The notes under the pieces are model-generated. The model had not been told where the DNA came from, did no database searches, and saw nothing but the letters and a program-made list of their open reading frames with translations. The position numbers and the translations under genes are program-made. From an uncultured Terriglobus sp. (lineage in GTDB: Bacteria > Acidobacteriota > Terriglobia > Terriglobales > Acidobacteriaceae), in assembly GCA_964248165.1 (NCBI GenBank), contig CAXTXE010000016.1, forward strand, positions 7,637-71,636: a DNA stretch of 64,000 nt, in the 5' to 3' direction. Shown here piece by piece: positions 25,521 to 34,407 of the stretch; the first letter of the stretch is position 1; the number at the start of each line of letters is the position of its first letter.

Positions 25521-25603
25521 GCGGGCTGTAGGCCCGCGATATAACAGCCTGGGGCGAAGCCCCAGGTAGCAGGGGAGTGAACGTTTGCGGGCTGAAGGCC
25601 CGC
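25521..25603. repeat. three GC-rich hairpins (REP-like) between nadD and rsfS
   Basis: GCGGGC-tgtag-GCCCGC (25521-25537), CCTGGGGC-gaa-GCCCCAGG (25548-25566) and GCGGGC-tgaag-GCCCGC (25587-25603). The first and third sit in a 24-nt direct repeat GTTTGCGGGCTG(T/A)AGGCCCGCG. Confidence 0.7.
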
Positions 25604-25668
25604 GCTAAGATGCTCAACTCCCGCAAAACCATGCGGTCACACCCGGTACACTAAAACGCAGGAGACGC

Positions 25669-26235
25669 ATGCCCTCACTGGAAACGATGCAACTGCTCAG
25701 CGTGGCGGCGGACGCCTGCGACAGCCGCAAGGCCGAAGACATCCGCATCCTTGCCCTCGACCCCGCAGAAAGCGCCCTCACCGATTACTTCCTCATCTGC
25801 AACGGCACCAACGAGCGGCAGAACGTCGCCATCTCCGACGAGATCGAACACCGCCTGAAGCAGGAGTTCAATACCTACCCCAACTCCGTGGAGGGACGCC
25901 GCGGGGGCGAGTGGGTCCTGATGGATTACGTGGACTTCGTTGTCCACATCTTTATGCCGGAAAAGCGCGCCTATTACGGCCTGGAACGCCTCCGCAAATC
26001 CGCCAAAACGCTGTCGCTGGACGATCTCGCCCAGGAACTCAAAGACGCCATCACCGCCGCTCGCACCAAACCGCCAGCAGATGCAGCCACTCCGGCAAAG
26101 CAGTCCGCAAAGAAGGCAGCAAAGAAAGCAACAAACCGAGCCGCGCCCAAGACAACAACCGTGAAGAAAGCTCCGGCAAAGAAACCCGCCGCAAAGAAAG
26201 CAGCACGAAAGACAGCAGCGAAGAAGAAATTGTGA
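25669..26235 (+). CDS. rsfS: ribosome silencing factor RsfS with a Lys/Ala/Pro-rich C-terminal extension
   Basis: RsfS core DYFLICNGTNERQNVAISDEIEHRLK...GEWVLMDYVDFVVHIFMPEKRAYYGLERL. The tail ...AKQSAKKAAKKATNRAAPKTTTVKKAPAKKPAAKKAARKTAAKKKL spans about 26026-26235. Confidence 0.85.
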   Translation: MPSLETMQLLSVAADACDSRKAEDIRILALDPAESALTDYFLICNGTNERQNVAISDEIEHRLKQEFNTYPNSVEGRRGGEWVLMDYVDFVVHIFMPEKRAYYGLERLRKSAKTLSLDDLAQELKDAITAARTKPPADAATPAKQSAKKAAKKATNRAAPKTTTVKKAPAKKPAAKKAARKTAAKKKL

Positions 26236-26264
26236 GAACGCCGCCAGTTATGCCGTGAAAGTAA

Positions 26265-26295
26265 GAAGCGGAGAGCTATGCTCTCCGCTTTTGTT
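26265..26295. terminator. rho-independent terminator between convergent rsfS and the receptor gene
   Basis: GCGGAGAGC-tat-GCTCTCCGC followed by TTTTGTTG. Confidence 0.8.
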
Positions 26296-26314
26296 GTGCA
26301 TCACTTAAATGGAA

Positions 26315-29300
26315 TTAGAAGTTCAGCTTCAACTGAAACTCTGTTGTACGCGGAGCGCCCTGCGCAAAGGTACCGGAACCGCGCTGTGTGCGGAATGAAT
26401 TTTGAACCGCGAAGGTATTCGGCGCGTTAACGTTAGAGGACAAGCTCGTTCCGTACAAGCTTCCAGCGGTGTTAACGTTCGCAAGAACACCAGAGGCACG
26501 CCCAAAGTTGGCCAGGTTTGCCACGTTGTACATAGCGATCGCGGGCTCAAGGCTCAGACCCTCATGGAAACGGGCCAACGGAATGGGATAAGAGACGTTG
26601 GCATCAAAGGTGCGGAACGCAGGATTCGCGATGGCGGTATTAGTAGGAAGCGCCGCAATCCGTTGGATAACTGCGTTCGCAGCAACCAGCTGAGAGGGCG
26701 TAAACAAACCAGCGTTGACCAGCGCCTGTCCAGCGGGCGTGAACTTCCCTGCATAAGCGGCGTTGAAGTTATTGATGTAGCTGCCCAGGCTGTTTGGTTT
26801 CACACGATGCATGTAATCGCCAGGAACCGTGCCTGGAGCAAGGTCGCCGGTTTGGCCGTCTCCATCCAGGTCTGTGCGGAAGATTTCTCCCGGAGCTCCG
26901 GATCCCGCATCTAGCGTCAACGAAGTAGGTCCTGCTGAAAAGAAGTGTCCAATGATGCCGATCTGAGGACCATACTTCACCAGGAACGAACCACCAAAAC
27001 TCAGCTCGTGCTTATGATCCAGGCTCGATCTGCCCATATTGAGGTTCGGGTTGTCGTAGTCAAAAGGCTTCGAATTGAAAAACTGGTCCGCGCTGCCCGC
27101 TGCCCCGGTGTTGTTTGACGCCGTGACGATGCGTGACAGAGAATACGAAACCTGGATATTCGCGCTCCTGATACCGGGAGCAGGATGGCTCTTGACCTGT
27201 TTTGCGACTACTTGCAGTGCGTCATAACCGGAGCGCCCGATCGGTAGGATGAAGTTACCGTTACCGACAGCGGGGTTTAACCCCGGGAATGCTGCTCCGG
27301 TGCTTGGAGTCAATCCAACGACAGCTGCCGGGGTCCCGTTGGTAAGTTGGTTCAGCGAATCCAGTCCGTTGCCTGCAAAGTCAGTGATCTGAGCGCCTTG
27401 GCTGATGGCGCATGCCACTTGCGCCTGTGGTGTAGTCGCGGCGGCGCACCCTGGATACGACGCCGCAGTTGCAGCAATCGCGTTTTGAGCAGCAGCAAGG
27501 TTTAAGGTTCTAGCCGCGCCTACGTGATTCGCATCGATTACAAGTGGAAGCTTGATCGTGCTGTTATGGACATAGTCGCCACTCAAAATTAGACCTTTGG
27601 CGACTTCCTGCTGGATGCCGAAGTTGTACTGAATTGAATATGGGGTCCGATAAGGGGCCCCGTAGATCCCACCACCCGGAGTGGTTGTAAGTCCACCGCC
27701 CCCGCCAATAAACCCGGGATTTGACGAGGTGTTGTTCGCCTGGGTTGCAGCTTGGTACTGATGCAGCAGAACCTGAATCTGTGGTGCTGACTGGCCGATT
27801 GGCTCTGCGCAGATTGTCGAAAGCTGTACGCCATTCACCGCGGTGACGGTCGTACCATTCGGCAAGAAGACCTTGTTTGCGCCGCCGCATACTTGAGTCA
27901 AGTTGAAGAATGGGCCGCTCGCCGTCACCACGGCGCTACGCGCGTTCGAGGTGTTGTTGAAGATGTCACTTTCAAAGAAGGTGCCAACACCGCCTCGTAG
28001 AGACGTCTTACCGTTGGGGCTGTATACAAATCCAAGCTGAGGCGAAACATTCCCGTAAGGTTGGTGTACCTGAACACCATAATTGAAGCCCGGCGAAAAC
28101 TGGTTGAGCAGCGGAGCGCTTCCCGTGCAGGGCGCGAACGCCGCAGATGCTGCCGAGCACGGAATCGTCGGCAGATCTTGATTGGCCCGGTCGGTGTCGA
28201 TGCTGTAGCGAACGCCCGCTACAAGCGTGAAGCTTGGGCGTATTTTCCAGGTGTCCGCGAAGTACACGGACGTGCGCCAGTCTTCCACGCCGCCACCTGG
28301 CAAATTAAACCCAGGCTTTTCTGTAAAGATGCCGTTCCCGTTGCCGAGAAGGTAATAGGACGCCGCATAATCTGTAAGTGGATTCGACCCCGGCGTTCCT
28401 GATATCTGTGAACTGCTGCTGAAGTCGGTAAAGAGCGAAGCGCCATAAAACTCTGCAAATCCACCACCTAGAAGCCGGTTTATACCTGCGCCGTACTTGA
28501 TTGAATGAGCACCACGCGTCCAGGTACCGTCATAGCGGAATTGTTTGTCGGATTGGAATGTGCCCTGGGGCGCTAGATAGTTGGGTCCCGCATAAAATCC
28601 TTCAACACCATCGTAGAGCGTAACATTCGGCAGACCCTTATAGATTGAGGTCGTACCAGACGTTCCATCACCAAGAAGGTTATGGAACTTTTCGTAGCCA
28701 CCCCGGAAACTGTGCGTAAAGCGTCCGGTTGCAAAATCAGCACCGCCGACGAGTCCTGGAACGTTATCCCGGTTTGCGTAAATGGAGTAGAGCAGACCGA
28801 AGTTAGAGTTATCGTAGTTCGGCTCGTAAAATCCGCGCACAAAGTAATGTCCGCCGAGGGGTCCGTTGTAATCCAAACGGACCGTTGAGTACGTGTCACG
28901 AAAGGCGGCGGGAATGGTAGGGAAAGCTGCCTGGATGGCACCGAACGTCGTAGACGTAGTCGCCGACGTGCGGGAGTCCTGCTTAATGCGTTCCGCGTCA
29001 GCGAAGAAGAACAGCTTGTCTTTGATGATTGGACCACCAACACTGCCACCGAACTGGTTTCTCTGGAAAGGTGCGTCGAAACCGTTCGTGGTACGCGCGA
29101 ACAGAGCGCGGTGATCCTGGAATTGATAGAAAAGCTGGCCGTGAAGTCCGTTTGTGCCGGATTGAGTTGAAACCAGGACCTGTCCGGTCGAAGTTACTTC
29201 GCCAGAAACATCCTGCGTGGAGCGGTTCAGTTGAAACTCGTTGATCGCGCCGGTGGGGACGTTCACGATCGTGGTGCCCACGGTCTCATCCGTGATGTCC

Positions 29301-29914
29301 TGACCGTCCAGCAGAATACGTGTTGTACGGCCTGAGACGCCGCCCACTGAAATTGCGGAGTACCCAGCCTTTGTTGGATCGAATGTCTCGCCGGACTGCA
29401 GGATGACGCCCGGCTGAACCTGCGCCACATCAAGGAAGTTACGGCCGTTGATCGGCAGCGTGGCAATCTGCTCGCGGGTGATCACATCCTGCACACCCGC
29501 CTGATCCGTGTTGATCTGTAGCGCGCCCGCCTGAACGTTAATCTCTGTTGAGGAGGCACCGACGGTTAGCTTGAAGCTGCCCGGTGTCGCCGTGCCGGTG
29601 CGAATCACCGTCTGAACCGTCAACGTCTGGAACCCAGGGGCCGTTACAGACACCGCGTAGTTGCCCGGATTCAATGGACCGACGGAGTAGAAGCCGGACT
29701 TGTCTGTCGTCAGATCGCGCTTAAAGCCAGTATCAGGGCTGCTGATGGTGACCGCAGCACCGCTGACGGCAGCACCGGAAAGATCGGTAATCGTGCCTTG
29801 GATCGATCCGCCGTTCACTGAGATGGCCTGAGCAAACATGTGCGGGGAGGTAACCGCCAGGGGCGCAGAGAGCGCAACAGCGGCGAGCGCCAGACGGCTA
29901 AACTTCTTCTTCAT
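26315..29914 (-). CDS. TonB-dependent outer-membrane receptor (CarboxypepD_reg + plug + large barrel)
   Basis: 1199 aa. Signal peptide MKKKFSRLALAAVALSAPLAVTSPHMFAQA. GSIQGTITDLSGAAVSGAAVTISSPDTGFKRDLTTDKSGFYSVGPLNPGNYAVSVTAPGFQT. Plug-type LPINGRNFLDVAQVQPGV. The C-terminus ...TTEFQLKLNF ends in an aromatic residue. Confidence 0.9.
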   Translation of the reverse strand: MKKKFSRLALAAVALSAPLAVTSPHMFAQAISVNGGSIQGTITDLSGAAVSGAAVTISSPDTGFKRDLTTDKSGFYSVGPLNPGNYAVSVTAPGFQTLTVQTVIRTGTATPGSFKLTVGASSTEINVQAGALQINTDQAGVQDVITREQIATLPINGRNFLDVAQVQPGVILQSGETFDPTKAGYSAISVGGVSGRTTRILLDGQDITDETVGTTIVNVPTGAINEFQLNRSTQDVSGEVTSTGQVLVSTQSGTNGLHGQLFYQFQDHRALFARTTNGFDAPFQRNQFGGSVGGPIIKDKLFFFADAERIKQDSRTSATTSTTFGAIQAAFPTIPAAFRDTYSTVRLDYNGPLGGHYFVRGFYEPNYDNSNFGLLYSIYANRDNVPGLVGGADFATGRFTHSFRGGYEKFHNLLGDGTSGTTSIYKGLPNVTLYDGVEGFYAGPNYLAPQGTFQSDKQFRYDGTWTRGAHSIKYGAGINRLLGGGFAEFYGASLFTDFSSSSQISGTPGSNPLTDYAASYYLLGNGNGIFTEKPGFNLPGGGVEDWRTSVYFADTWKIRPSFTLVAGVRYSIDTDRANQDLPTIPCSAASAAFAPCTGSAPLLNQFSPGFNYGVQVHQPYGNVSPQLGFVYSPNGKTSLRGGVGTFFESDIFNNTSNARSAVVTASGPFFNLTQVCGGANKVFLPNGTTVTAVNGVQLSTICAEPIGQSAPQIQVLLHQYQAATQANNTSSNPGFIGGGGGLTTTPGGGIYGAPYRTPYSIQYNFGIQQEVAKGLILSGDYVHNSTIKLPLVIDANHVGAARTLNLAAAQNAIAATAASYPGCAAATTPQAQVACAISQGAQITDFAGNGLDSLNQLTNGTPAAVVGLTPSTGAAFPGLNPAVGNGNFILPIGRSGYDALQVVAKQVKSHPAPGIRSANIQVSYSLSRIVTASNNTGAAGSADQFFNSKPFDYDNPNLNMGRSSLDHKHELSFGGSFLVKYGPQIGIIGHFFSAGPTSLTLDAGSGAPGEIFRTDLDGDGQTGDLAPGTVPGDYMHRVKPNSLGSYINNFNAAYAGKFTPAGQALVNAGLFTPSQLVAANAVIQRIAALPTNTAIANPAFRTFDANVSYPIPLARFHEGLSLEPAIAMYNVANLANFGRASGVLANVNTAGSLYGTSLSSNVNAPNTFAVQNSFRTQRGSGTFAQGAPRTTEFQLKLNF

Positions 29915-30090
29915 TCAGAGATCCCTTGAGTTGTGGTCAAATTGGCATGCAGCACCGCTACAGCCACCGCTCATACTGCAATGCGATGGCCAAACGTGAC
30001 GAAAGCGGCCAGTTCTTACAAAATAATCACTTAGCGTTCACTGAAGTGCATTGCGCGCCGGTTACGTCTGAGTTGCCATAACGCATCTAT

Positions 30091-30135
30091 GGATTTGCGT
30101 AGATACCGGCGGCTTAGCAGGGATTTGCGTAGATG
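30091..30135. promoter_or_regulatory. direct repeat GGATTTGCGTAGAT x2 with 30-nt spacing in a divergent promoter region
   Basis: GGATTTGCGTAGATA at 30091-30105 and GGATTTGCGTAGATG at 30121-30135. They lie between the receptor gene (minus, start 29914) and rlmH (plus, start about 30193). The function is inferred only. Confidence 0.3.
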
Positions 30136-30192
30136 TGCGCACCGGCGTTTGTCATAGATGGTCGGCCTCAGAACGACGCTACACTCCAACCT

Positions 30193-30645
30193 GTGGCCCT
30201 CCAGGTAACCCTCGCCGCAGTCCGCCGCCCCGCTCCGCGCGACCCTGTCGAGCAGAGGATCACCACCTATCTGACCCAGTGCGGCCGCGCCCTGCCGTCG
30301 GTGTCGCGCACCTTCCGCTCGGAGGACCTGTTGCTTCAGTTCGCGGTAAAGGAGTCTGCCACGGGTGCAACCACCTTCTGGATGGCGGACCTCCGCGGTG
30401 AGAGCCTCACGACGGATCAGTTTTCCGCCCGTATCCGCAGCCTCCGTGACAACGGCACGCGGCACCTCATCCTGGGCATTGGACCGGCGGACGGCTGGTC
30501 GGCGCAGGCACGCGCTGCCGCACAATGCCGCCTTTCGCTCAGCGCCATGACGCTGCCGCATGAACTCGCCGCACTCATTCTGGCGGAGCAGATCTACCGC
30601 GTAAGCACCATCCTGCAGGGCCACCCGTATCATCTGGGCCACTGA
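30193..30645 (+). CDS. rlmH: 23S rRNA (pseudouridine1915-N3)-methyltransferase
   Basis: C-terminal LILGIGPADGWS...LSLSAMTLPHELAALILAEQIYRVSTILQGHPYH matches the SPOUT RlmH signature. By analogy with E. coli RlmH, the start is placed at GTG 30193 (VALQVTLAAV) rather than the ORF-track start at 30133. Confidence 0.8.
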   Translation: MALQVTLAAVRRPAPRDPVEQRITTYLTQCGRALPSVSRTFRSEDLLLQFAVKESATGATTFWMADLRGESLTTDQFSARIRSLRDNGTRHLILGIGPADGWSAQARAAAQCRLSLSAMTLPHELAALILAEQIYRVSTILQGHPYHLGH

Positions 30646-30700
30646 AGTATGGGCATCCGGGTGCCCCACCTTCGCCGCGCAGCGGTTAAGGTGGGTTTAC

Positions 30701-31303
30701 GTGCCAGGCACGAAGTCCCGCATGGCTCCTGTGTGCATCTTCATACCCATGGACTTCTCTGAGACCCCGCCCACCCAGCGGCGCGGCTTGCTGCTGATCA
30801 ACACCGGCCCGGGCAAGGGCAAGACAACGGCGGCGCTTGGCGTGGCATTGCGCGCGGTGGGCAGCGGGATGCGCGTGCTCGTGCTGCAATTCATCAAGGG
30901 GTCGTGGGATTACGGCGAACTGCACGTCGCGGACAAGTTCGCGGGCGATCTCGTCATTCGGCAGATGGGCCGGGGATTCGTTAAAGTCGGCGGGGCGGAG
31001 ACGGATCCCGAGGACCTCCGCCTGGTGCGGGAGGCCTGGGCTGAGTCCGTCCGCGCCATGCACTCCGGCGAGTGGGACCTGATCGTGCTGGATGAGATCA
31101 ATTACGCGATCTCGTACGGCATGTTAGACCCTGCGGCGGTCGCGGAAGCCCTGCAAGCCCGCCCGGAGATGCTCCACATCATCCTGACCGGCCGAAACGC
31201 GCACCCTGCCCTCATCGATCTCGCTGACACCGTGACCGAGATGCGGGACGTGAAACATGCTTACACCAAGGGCATTCTCGCCCAGCGCGGCATAGAGTTC
31301 TAG
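30701..31303 (+). CDS. cobO: cob(I)yrinic acid a,c-diamide adenosyltransferase
   Basis: RGLLLINTGPGKGKTTAALGVALRAVGSGMRVLVLQFIKG...LDEINYAI. The start is uncertain (ATG 30722 or 30749 is equally plausible). Confidence 0.85.
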   Translation: MPGTKSRMAPVCIFIPMDFSETPPTQRRGLLLINTGPGKGKTTAALGVALRAVGSGMRVLVLQFIKGSWDYGELHVADKFAGDLVIRQMGRGFVKVGGAETDPEDLRLVREAWAESVRAMHSGEWDLIVLDEINYAISYGMLDPAAVAEALQARPEMLHIILTGRNAHPALIDLADTVTEMRDVKHAYTKGILAQRGIEF

Positions 31304-31379
31304 CGTCCGGCGCATCTTATCTCTTCGGCGGGGCTGCACAGTCGGCGTCCGGCGGAAAGCGCATAAGGTCCTGGAAGAC

Positions 31380-33155
31380 ATGGAAAGGCAACACCATATG
31401 CCTTTGGGCACTGAACTGACCCCGGAGGGCGTATGTTTCCGCCTGTACGCTCCAGCCGCGCCGGAGGTCAAACTCGCGCTTGAAGGCGAGCCCGAACCGC
31501 TCGCCATGCAGAACCAGGATGGATGGCACCAGGTGGTTGCGGCGAACGCACACGCCGGTTCGCGCTACCGCTATCTTCTGCCGGATGGCACCCACGTCCC
31601 CGATCCCGCGTCACGCTTCCAGCCGGAGGACGTCGCCGGACCCAGTGAGGTCATCGATCCCTGCGCGTTCACCTGGACGGATGCGGAGTGGCTTGGCCGC
31701 CCCTGGTCTGAGGCAGTGCTGTATGAGTTGCACATCGGCACCTTTACCGCGGAAGGGACGTTCCGCGCCGCCGCGGAGAAGCTCGACTACCTGGCGGGGC
31801 TGGGCGTCACCGCCATCGAACTGATGACCATCACCGACTTTGCGGGAACGCGTGGCTGGGGCTACGACGGCGTCCTTCCCTTCGCGCCTGATTCAGCCTA
31901 CGGCCGGCCGGAAGACCTGAAAGCCTTCATTGATGCCGCCCACGCGCGCGGCCTGCAAGTCATCTTCGATGTCGTCTATAACCACTTCGGCCCCGAGGGC
32001 AATTACATGCCGAAGTATTTTCCACGACTCTGCAGCCAGGACCACGATACGGCCTGGGGCAAGGCCATGAACTTCGACGGCGAAGGCAGTGCGGAGGTAC
32101 GCGCCTTCTTTCTGCACAACGCGCTGTTCTGGGTGGAGGAGTACCACGCGGACGGCCTGCGCATCGACGCCTCGCACATGATGATCGATCACAGCCCCAA
32201 GCACATCCTGGACGAAATTGCGGAACAGGTGCACGTCTGCGCCCACGGGCGGCACATCCACCTGATTCTTGAGGATGAGGAGAACGTTGCCCCGCGCCTG
32301 GCCCGCGCAGCGGATGGCGGAACGCCGCTCTACACCGCGCAGTGGAATCATGACATGACCCACCTGCTGAGCGCGGCGTTCGGAAATCTGTGCCTGGAGC
32401 GCGACGGCAACGGCGACGAGACCGCCAGCACCGCCACCATGCTGGCCGAAGGCTACATCCTGACGCCCACGGCCAAAGAGCACCCTGACGACGTCCGCTG
32501 CAAGGTTCCGCCGTCGGCGTTTATTGCCTTTTTGCAGACGCACGATCTCGTCGGCAACCGCATCGCCGCCGAGCGCCTCGACAAACTCGTCCCGCCCGCC
32601 GCCCTGCGCGCCGCCACCGCGATCCTTCTTCTGCTGCCGCAAACGCCCATGCTCTTCATGGGGCAGGAGTGGTCCGCCTCCCAGCCCTTCCCATTCTTCT
32701 GCGACTACCACGGCGATCTGGCCAAGAAGGTGCGCGACGGGCGCTGCGACTTCCTCCGCAAACTGCATGACACGGACGACCTCAGCGCCGCCCCTGATCC
32801 CGGCGCTGAAAGCACCTTCCGCTCCGCCCAGCTGCAGTGGAGCGAACTCGATCAGGAGCCGCATAAGACTGAGCTGGACTGGTTCGGCCGCATCCTCGCC
32901 GTGCGCCAGGAGCGTCTGGCACCGCTGCTTGCGGAGGTAAAAGACCGCTGCGGCAAACCTGAAAAGCTCGCTCCCGCCGCCTTCACCATCACGTGGCATC
33001 TTGGCGAAACCCACCAGCTAACCCTGCAGGCTAACCTCTGCGGAGAACCCCACGACGGCTTTCGTACTCCCGAAGGCCAAACCCTCTGGCTCGAAGGCAC
33101 CCAACCCACCCCGAATGAATTAGGTCCGTGGACTACCCTTTGGACGTTATCTTAG
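31380..33155 (+). CDS. treZ: malto-oligosyltrehalose trehalohydrolase (GH13)
   Basis: GVCFRLYAPAAPEVKLAL, LYELHIGTFTAEGTF, GVTAIELM, WGYDGVLPFAPDSAYGRPEDLKAFIDAAHARGLQVIFDVVYNHFGPEGNY, GLRIDASH, ILEDE, FLQTHD. Confidence 0.85.
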   Translation: MERQHHMPLGTELTPEGVCFRLYAPAAPEVKLALEGEPEPLAMQNQDGWHQVVAANAHAGSRYRYLLPDGTHVPDPASRFQPEDVAGPSEVIDPCAFTWTDAEWLGRPWSEAVLYELHIGTFTAEGTFRAAAEKLDYLAGLGVTAIELMTITDFAGTRGWGYDGVLPFAPDSAYGRPEDLKAFIDAAHARGLQVIFDVVYNHFGPEGNYMPKYFPRLCSQDHDTAWGKAMNFDGEGSAEVRAFFLHNALFWVEEYHADGLRIDASHMMIDHSPKHILDEIAEQVHVCAHGRHIHLILEDEENVAPRLARAADGGTPLYTAQWNHDMTHLLSAAFGNLCLERDGNGDETASTATMLAEGYILTPTAKEHPDDVRCKVPPSAFIAFLQTHDLVGNRIAAERLDKLVPPAALRAATAILLLLPQTPMLFMGQEWSASQPFPFFCDYHGDLAKKVRDGRCDFLRKLHDTDDLSAAPDPGAESTFRSAQLQWSELDQEPHKTELDWFGRILAVRQERLAPLLAEVKDRCGKPEKLAPAAFTITWHLGETHQLTLQANLCGEPHDGFRTPEGQTLWLEGTQPTPNELGPWTTLWTLS

Positions 33156-33393
33156 AGGCGCTATCAAGACGGTACCAGTTCCTACTTGCCCTCACTGCAT
33201 CAAGGGTGTCCTACACCTCATGGATGTGGGTTCAGGACTTCCCTCTCCATACGAACTCATGGGACGGCGCGGAGGTCTGCCCGCCAGTACCAATCCAGCA
33301 ACTGAATTGCTCAAAATCCGACATCTCTGCGTGATGTGGGGCTCCCACGTCATCTCTGGTACGGTAGAAGCGGGAAGCGGGCCACCCTTACAC

Positions 33394-34284
33394 TTATTTG
33401 GCTGAGGCAGCCGCTCCGTTTAGCAGACTCTCCCGAGCTGCCTTCTGTACCGTCGCGTCAGCACTACTTGACAAGTTGATCAAAGCCACCTCTGCTTGCA
33501 TAGCGAGAGCACGGTCGCGATTTCGCAGTTGATTGCTCAGCACTTGCACAGACAAGGTTGACTGGATCTTACCTAACGCAGGTATCAACATTGAATCAAT
33601 CCCAAAGCCTCTGCCCAGCAAGCCACGTATGCTGTCCACTGCTACAGGATTATGAACGCTTGCTAGTTCTCCAGCAGCTTGGATTCTAGTTGCCGCCAAG
33701 GGTGATGACTCAATCTCTTTTGCACGTGCTTCACAAAAGGCCTCCAATAAACCGCGATCCTCCGGTTCATAATGTAACGTAATTTCATTCGAGTTGACCG
33801 TACTGCCGTGATCCCTGTCTATGAATCTGGTCCGAAGAATATATTCTCCAGGAACTGTTGGCGAAAAAATCGTCGACAGGTTTACTTTCTCTTCGTAAGC
33901 CTGGTTTGCTGCCAAGTCTAAACGTCCTGAGCTTGTAAACTCTGGTACAAACAGCTTGCTCGTCACCTGCGCACCTGATGGAAAACGTAATGTAAACTCC
34001 AGATTGGCCACTCCGCCTCCGCCTAAATCTATCTGTACCGGGGTCTGAGAAACGACTTGCAACGTCACGGTCATTGGCTCTCCAACGGATAACTTACTAT
34101 CCTTCGCCCTCAAGTTGATCCGCAATGCAGGGATGGTCTGTCCAGAAAGGCTGCAGTTGCAACAACACGCGAAGAGCAGCCCAAATCTCCACAATCTACC
34201 GTAGAGGATTGACGGTAGCGCCCGGAGTTGTTGTAAGACTAGCATCTGACTTCGGGATGACGTACTTCCAAGTGTTGTTTGCAT
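33394..34284 (-). CDS. hypothetical protein (beta-rich N-domain + HEAT-like C-terminal repeats) in an AT-richer segment
   Basis: 296-aa ORF. The C-terminal AAGELASVHNPVAVDSIRGLL...IPALGKIQSTLSVQVLSNQLRNRDRALAMQAEVAL resembles HEAT/PBS-lyase repeats. No family was recognised. Confidence 0.5.
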   Translation of the reverse strand: MQTTLGSTSSRSQMLVLQQLRALPSILYGRLWRFGLLFACCCNCSLSGQTIPALRINLRAKDSKLSVGEPMTVTLQVVSQTPVQIDLGGGGVANLEFTLRFPSGAQVTSKLFVPEFTSSGRLDLAANQAYEEKVNLSTIFSPTVPGEYILRTRFIDRDHGSTVNSNEITLHYEPEDRGLLEAFCEARAKEIESSPLAATRIQAAGELASVHNPVAVDSIRGLLGRGFGIDSMLIPALGKIQSTLSVQVLSNQLRNRDRALAMQAEVALINLSSSADATVQKAARESLLNGAAASAK

Positions 34285-34407
34285 TTTGACTCATCTTTCG
34301 GGTGCTGCGTAGCAACGATCTTCGCAGTGGCGGGGATGATTTGCGGAGAGGGTGGGTGCGACGCTCTGGCCGAATGCGGCAGATGCGTGGCGAGCCCGCA
34401 GCGCGAT

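Noticed and set aside
29915-30192. Cobalamin riboswitch upstream of the TonB-dependent receptor, which lies next to cobO
   Set aside because: I read the minus-strand leader and found no B12-box-like consensus or extended conserved stems. The cobO adjacency is probably coincidental. A covariance-model scan would settle it.
31893-33014. 373-aa minus-strand ORF inside treZ
   Set aside because: It is antisense to a clearly conserved GH13 enzyme, and its sequence is low-complexity and Gly/Ala/Arg-rich. It is a shadow ORF. The same reasoning applies to 4126..5061(-), 18826..19836(-), 42978..43922(-), 8372..9001(-), 39244..40591(-) and 6128..7264(+).
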